Shown piece by piece: positions 7,986 to 11,133 of a stretch of 11,133 nt of DNA. The stretch covers positions 1 to 11,133 of the forward strand of contig JBDRBU010000093.1 in assembly GCA_043822305.1 (NCBI GenBank). Reading direction: 5' to 3'. How positions within the stretch are numbered: the stretch's first letter is position 1; every line of letters starts with the position of its first letter. Source of the DNA: Candidatus Firestoneibacteriota bacterium. GTDB taxonomy: Bacteria > Oederibacteriota > D2-FULL-39-29 > JBDRBU01. Below the pieces are notes generated by a model. That model made no database searches, had not been told where the DNA came from, and saw nothing but the letters and a program-made list of their open reading frames with translations. A program made the position numbers and the translations under genes.

Positions 7986-8768
7986 ATGCTTTTTGTTTTT
8001 GATTTAGATGGTGTTTTATATAGAGAGAATAAAGTTATAAAAGGTGCTAAAGAAGTTATTAAATATTTGAAAGGGAAAGGTCATAAAATTGTATATGCTA
8101 CTAATAATTCCACGCTCTCAAGGGATGATTATGTAATGAAATTAAGTAAAATGGGATTTTCCTGTAATGTAAATGATATAATGACTTCTGGCTATGCAAC
8201 AGGTCTTTATTTAAAAGAAAATAGTAAAAAATGTAAAAAAGTATTTATAATAGGAGGAAAAGGATTGTATCAGGAATTAACTTCTTGTGGTTTTAAGATT
8301 ATCAGAGAATTTGACAAGATTAAAAAAGTAGATTATGTAATTGTAGGATTGGATAGAAAGTTTACTTACAATAAATTAGAAAAGGCTTTTGATTTTATTG
8401 GACAAGGTGCAAAATTAATAGCAACGAATAAAGATACAACATATCCAGGTAGAAATAAAATTTTTCCCGGTGGGGGATCTATAGTTGCTTGTGTAGAATC
8501 TGCTACGGGTATTAATTCTTTTGTGATTGGAAAACCATCTTCTTATATGCTTAAAGAAATTTTAAAACGAACAGGATTTTCTCCTAAAGATACAATTATT
8601 GTTGGTGATAGATTAGATACGGATATTTTATTTGGCAAAACTCTTAAAACAAAAACTGTTCTTGTACTTACAGGGATAACTAAATTAAATAAACTAAAAG
8701 ATGTTAAGAGAGAGCATAAACCCGACTATGTTTTAAAAAGTGTTGTTGATTTAAGAAAGATATTTTAA
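7986..8768 (+). CDS. HAD-superfamily subfamily IIA hydrolase (NagD-like phosphatase)
   Basis: FDLDGV motif I, ATNNS motif II, IGKP, VGDRLDTDI motif IV, VLTG; GGAGG at 7977-7981. Confidence 0.92.
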   Translation: MLFVFDLDGVLYRENKVIKGAKEVIKYLKGKGHKIVYATNNSTLSRDDYVMKLSKMGFSCNVNDIMTSGYATGLYLKENSKKCKKVFIIGGKGLYQELTSCGFKIIREFDKIKKVDYVIVGLDRKFTYNKLEKAFDFIGQGAKLIATNKDTTYPGRNKIFPGGGSIVACVESATGINSFVIGKPSSYMLKEILKRTGFSPKDTIIVGDRLDTDILFGKTLKTKTVLVLTGITKLNKLKDVKREHKPDYVLKSVVDLRKIF

Positions 8769-8780
8769 GGAAATATTAAA

Positions 8781-9230
8781 GTGATTATAGAAAATAGAAA
8801 AGCTTTTTTTGATTATTTTATTTTAGAAAAATATGAAGCAGGAATTGCTCTTGTTGGAACTGAGGTAAAATCAATTCGTGAGAGCAAAGTGAACTTAAAA
8901 GATAGTTTTGCAAGGGTTGACAAAGGGGAAATTTTTTTGTATAATATGCATATAAGTCCTTATTTGTATGGTAATATACATAATGTATTGCCAACAAGAA
9001 AGAGAAAGTTACTTTTACATAAAACAGAAATAAACAGGTTGTTAGGCAAGTTAAGTCAGAAAAATTTAACTTTAGTTCCATTAAAAATATACTTAAAAGG
9101 TAATAAAATAAAAATAGAATTAGCCCTGGCTAAAGGCAAGAAACATTTTGATAAAAGAGATGTTATTAAAAAAAGGGAGGTAGAGAGAGAAATTAAATCG
9201 GCTTTAAAAGAAAAAGTAAAAGGAGGGTGA
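8781..9230 (+). CDS. smpB: SsrA-binding protein
   Basis: NRKAFFDY, EAGIALVGTEVKSIR, RKRKLLLH, AKGKK.FDKR; GTG start. Confidence 0.97.
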   Translation: MIIENRKAFFDYFILEKYEAGIALVGTEVKSIRESKVNLKDSFARVDKGEIFLYNMHISPYLYGNIHNVLPTRKRKLLLHKTEINRLLGKLSQKNLTLVPLKIYLKGNKIKIELALAKGKKHFDKRDVIKKREVEREIKSALKEKVKGG

Positions 9231-9235
9231 ATTTT

Positions 9236-9730
9236 ATGAAAAATATATTTGTATTATTAATGCTATTTTGCTTTTCATTTTTTATTTTTGCTACTGATAC
9301 TTCTGCTCCTGCAACAAAAAAATCAACTACGACAAATACTACCAAGCAAACTGCAACTGCAAAACAGCCTGCTACTAAACCGTCTAAAGTATCTGATGTC
9401 CCGGTTTCTAAAAAAGTAGATAAAGATGTGATTAGCTATGAGTATTATTGCTGTCCTAAATGTAAGAAAGGCGATTATGTAAAACCAGGTAAGTGTAGTA
9501 AATGCAAGGTAGATTTAGTGAAGAATGCAAGAAGTTATACATATGTTTGTTCAAAATGTGGTTATTCACAGGATAAAGAGGAAAAATGTCCGAATTGTAA
9601 GGATATTACTTTAAAAAAACATGAAGTGTTGTATAAATGTATACCTTGCAATTTTAATTCTGGTGAACCAGGGAACTGTCCCAAATGTTTACAGCCTTTA
9701 AAAAAAATAAAGATTCCAATTAAAAAATGA
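9236..9730 (+). CDS. Exported Cys-rich protein: signal peptide, Thr/Ala/Lys-rich linker, three tandem CxxC...CxxC zinc-ribbon (HMBD-like) repeats
   Basis: AGGAGG at 9221-9226 favours ATG9236. MKNIFVLLMLFCFSFFIFA looks like a Sec signal peptide; six CxxC motifs are arranged as three Y-x-CxxC...CxxC...L-x-K repeats. Confidence 0.75.
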   Translation: MKNIFVLLMLFCFSFFIFATDTSAPATKKSTTTNTTKQTATAKQPATKPSKVSDVPVSKKVDKDVISYEYYCCPKCKKGDYVKPGKCSKCKVDLVKNARSYTYVCSKCGYSQDKEEKCPNCKDITLKKHEVLYKCIPCNFNSGEPGNCPKCLQPLKKIKIPIKK

Positions 9731-9735
9731 AAAGT

Positions 9736-9749
9736 GGACAGGTACTATT
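9736..9749 (-). repeat. Junction motif AATAGTACCTGTCC (copy 2)
   Basis: Reverse complement of GGACAGGTACTATT, 5 nt after the upstream stop and in front of the MNT gene; 12/14 identical to 338-351. Confidence 0.5.
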
Positions 9750-9774
9750 AGTGTGATATCTGTGAGGGGTATTT

Positions 9775-10176
9775 ATGATAATTGAAAAAATCAAGCAATA
9801 TTTTAGTAAAAGAGAGGATGTGGCTTTTGCATTTTTATTTGGCTCTTGGGCAAGCAGACAAAATACCTCCTTGTCGGATGTTGATATAGCAGTTTATTTT
9901 TATCCAAAACATTCTAAACCAATTGAGTTTGAAGAACTTGTTTATTATAAACAGGAAGCCGAAATATGGGTAGAACTGGAAAAGATTTTAGGAAAAGAGG
10001 TGGAACTTGTTATTTTAAATCGTGTACCAGTTACAATTTCATCTACTGCAATTAGAGGTATTCCTATTATAATTAGAGATTGGGGACTTTACCTGGATTT
10101 TATGGCTGTTGTTACATCAGAATCTGTAGATTTTAGAGAAATGCTTATTAATGATTTTCTTACAAAGGCGAAATAA
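9775..10176 (+). CDS. mntA: Minimal nucleotidyltransferase antitoxin (MntA-like, type VII TA)
   Basis: LFGSWASRQNTSLSDVDIAV = GSX10DXD; 133 aa; TAATG coupling to the HEPN gene. Confidence 0.88.
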   Translation: MIIEKIKQYFSKREDVAFAFLFGSWASRQNTSLSDVDIAVYFYPKHSKPIEFEELVYYKQEAEIWVELEKILGKEVELVILNRVPVTISSTAIRGIPIIIRDWGLYLDFMAVVTSESVDFREMLINDFLTKAK

Positions 10177-10628
10177 TGAAGGAAGAAATAAAAGAAAGAC
10201 TAGTAAAGTATATAAACTTCCTTGAAGAGGAGATAAAAGATTATCCATTTTTTAAGTCGCTTACATGGGAGATTTATAGAACAGAGAGGAGTAGAAGAAG
10301 AGATGTTGAAAGGTGGATAGAAAATCTTGTGAATTCTTTGATTGATATCTCAAAAATAGTTCTTACTGTCGAGGAGATAAGTATTCCAGAAACTTACAGA
10401 GAAATGGTATTTTCTTTATCGTTGGTGAGTGAATTCAATAAAGAAGAAGTTGAGAAGTTATCTCAATTGGTAAAACTAAGAAATATTATTACTCATGAGT
10501 ATCTTGATATAAGGTGGGCTTCTATAAAAAAATTTATTGAAGAAACATTTTCTTTATATAGTGCCTTATTGGAAAGGATAAAAGAATACTTAAAGAGCCG
10601 ATTAAAAACGGATTTAGGAAAAATATAA
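10176..10628 (+). CDS. hepT: HEPN/DUF86 ribonuclease toxin (HepT-like)
   Basis: RNIITHEY = RX4HXY HEPN motif; PETYRE upstream motif; 150 aa; paired with MNT. Confidence 0.88.
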   Translation: MKEEIKERLVKYINFLEEEIKDYPFFKSLTWEIYRTERSRRRDVERWIENLVNSLIDISKIVLTVEEISIPETYREMVFSLSLVSEFNKEEVEKLSQLVKLRNIITHEYLDIRWASIKKFIEETFSLYSALLERIKEYLKSRLKTDLGKI

Positions 10629-10636
10629 ATTACAGG

Positions 10637-10663
10637 AAAAAGGGATTTACAAAGTAAATCCTT
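10637..10663 (-). terminator. Stem-loop, possible intrinsic terminator (T tract on - strand)
   Basis: GGATTTAC-AAA-GTAAATCC perfect 8-bp stem (10643-10661); A5 at 10637-10641 gives a U tract only on the minus strand. Confidence 0.4.
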
Positions 10664-10673
10664 ACTGAACACC

Positions 10674-10753
10674 GTCATTGCGAACGAAGTGAAGCAATCT
10701 TAATGATTTTTTGAAGAGATTGCCACGATTAACTTCGTTAATCTCGCAATGAC
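10674..10753. repeat. 80-bp nested palindromic element (RPE/REP-like, GTCATTGCGA...GAAGCAATC...GATTGCCAC...TCGCAATGAC type)
   Basis: Terminal IR GTCATTGCGA/TCGCAATGAC (10 bp perfect); inner IR GCAATCT(10694-10700)/AGATTGC(10717-10723); hairpin GATTAAC-TTC-GTTAATC (10727-10743). Confidence 0.8.
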
Positions 10754-10776
10754 AAGCAGGAATTACTAAAATGTAT

Positions 10777-10802
10777 ATCTACAAAAAAATCTACAAAAAA
10801 AT
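10777..10802 (+). repeat. 12-bp direct tandem duplication ATCTACAAAAAA x2 in UP-element position
   Basis: ATCTACAAAAAA at 10777-10788 and 10789-10800, followed by AT. Confidence 0.8.
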
Positions 10803-10803
10803 A

Positions 10804-10832
10804 TTGACATTACTGATTTAATTTGGTAATAT
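10804..10832 (+). promoter_or_regulatory. Sigma70-type promoter
   Basis: Perfect -35 TTGACA (10804-10809), 17-bp spacer, TGn extension (10824-10826), -10 TAATAT (10827-10832), A tracts upstream. Confidence 0.75.
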
Positions 10833-10882
10833 ACAATTAAATTATTTACCTTTAATCTAACACTGGGAGGTTAGAAAGGAAA

Positions 10883-10945
10883 ATGAGAAGTTTTAATAAA
10901 AGTAAGTTAAAGAGCTTTTTTGCGGTTCTTCAGGTTCTATTGTAG
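10883..10945 (+). other. 20-codon ORF MRSFNKSKLKSFFAVLQVLL*: small peptide or truncated 5' end of an exported-protein gene
   Basis: Downstream of the promoter, with GGGAGG (10865-10870) and AAAGGA (10875-10880) before ATG10883; basic n-region followed by a hydrophobic stretch. Confidence 0.4.
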
Positions 10946-10993
10946 AGATGTAATAGGATAGGATGGATCTTTGAAATAGAAAGTATCTGTTAA

Positions 10994-11133
10994 GAGGCTG
11001 TCCCACAACCTCCATCTTTTTACCATTTAACACCTTATTTTTAACTTTTACCAATTTCACCTCCCATTCTACGCCCTTCTTTGGGCAAAAATTCCTTCCA
11101 TCTATAATTCGATTACCTCACTATTCCATTCTT
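10994..11133 (-). mobile_element. Possible insertion-sequence end (terminal IR beginning GAGGCTGTCCCA)
   Basis: TAA then GAGGCTGTCCCACAA resembles ends I recall for IS1182/IS5-type elements; abrupt switch to C/T-rich + strand from here; no transposase visible in the window. Confidence 0.3.

Noticed and set aside
8818..9081. Minus-strand 87-aa ORF
   Set aside because: Antisense to smpB, no motif.
9443..9706. Multiheme cytochrome c or DnaJ-type zinc finger
   Set aside because: No CxxCH and no CxxCxGxG repeats.
9731..9774. tmRNA or tRNA integration site after smpB; sigma70 promoter for mntA
   Set aside because: No ssrA or tRNA-like sequence is visible; TGGACA has no properly spaced -10 box.
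10493..10678. Minus-strand 61-aa ORF
   Set aside because: Mostly antisense to hepT, with its start inside the palindromic repeat.
10674..10876. Integron attC or CRISPR interpretation of the palindromes
   Set aside because: The 80-bp element lacks RYYYAAC/GTTRRRY ends; ATCTAAC..GTTAGA at 10855-10875 is far too short for attC; no repeat-spacer periodicity and no cas genes.

Overview
AT-rich bacterial chromosomal segment. Its core is one tightly packed, largely translationally coupled + strand cluster: frr-uppS-cdsA-dxr-rseP-ispG-queD-queE-PHP (YciV/TrpH-like)-HAD IIA (NagD-like)-smpB, followed by an exported protein with three tandem four-Cys zinc-ribbon (HMBD-like) repeats. Toxin-antitoxin DNA sits on both sides. 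On the left is a remnant of an antitoxin/ParE-RelE pair missed by the ORF track, with both genes internally deleted. On the right is an intact-looking MntA-HepT (MNT-HEPN) pair. The same 14-bp motif AATAGTnnCTGTCC lies at both TA/core junctions (338-351 +, 9736-9749 -) with the same polarity relative to the TA genes, which suggests boundary sites of small mobilisable TA cassettes (inference). The right end also holds an 80-bp nested palindromic repeat (RPE/REP-like), a near-consensus sigma70 promoter in front of a 20-codon signal-peptide-like ORF, and a possible IS terminus. All family assignments are by motif recognition by eye; no searches were run.
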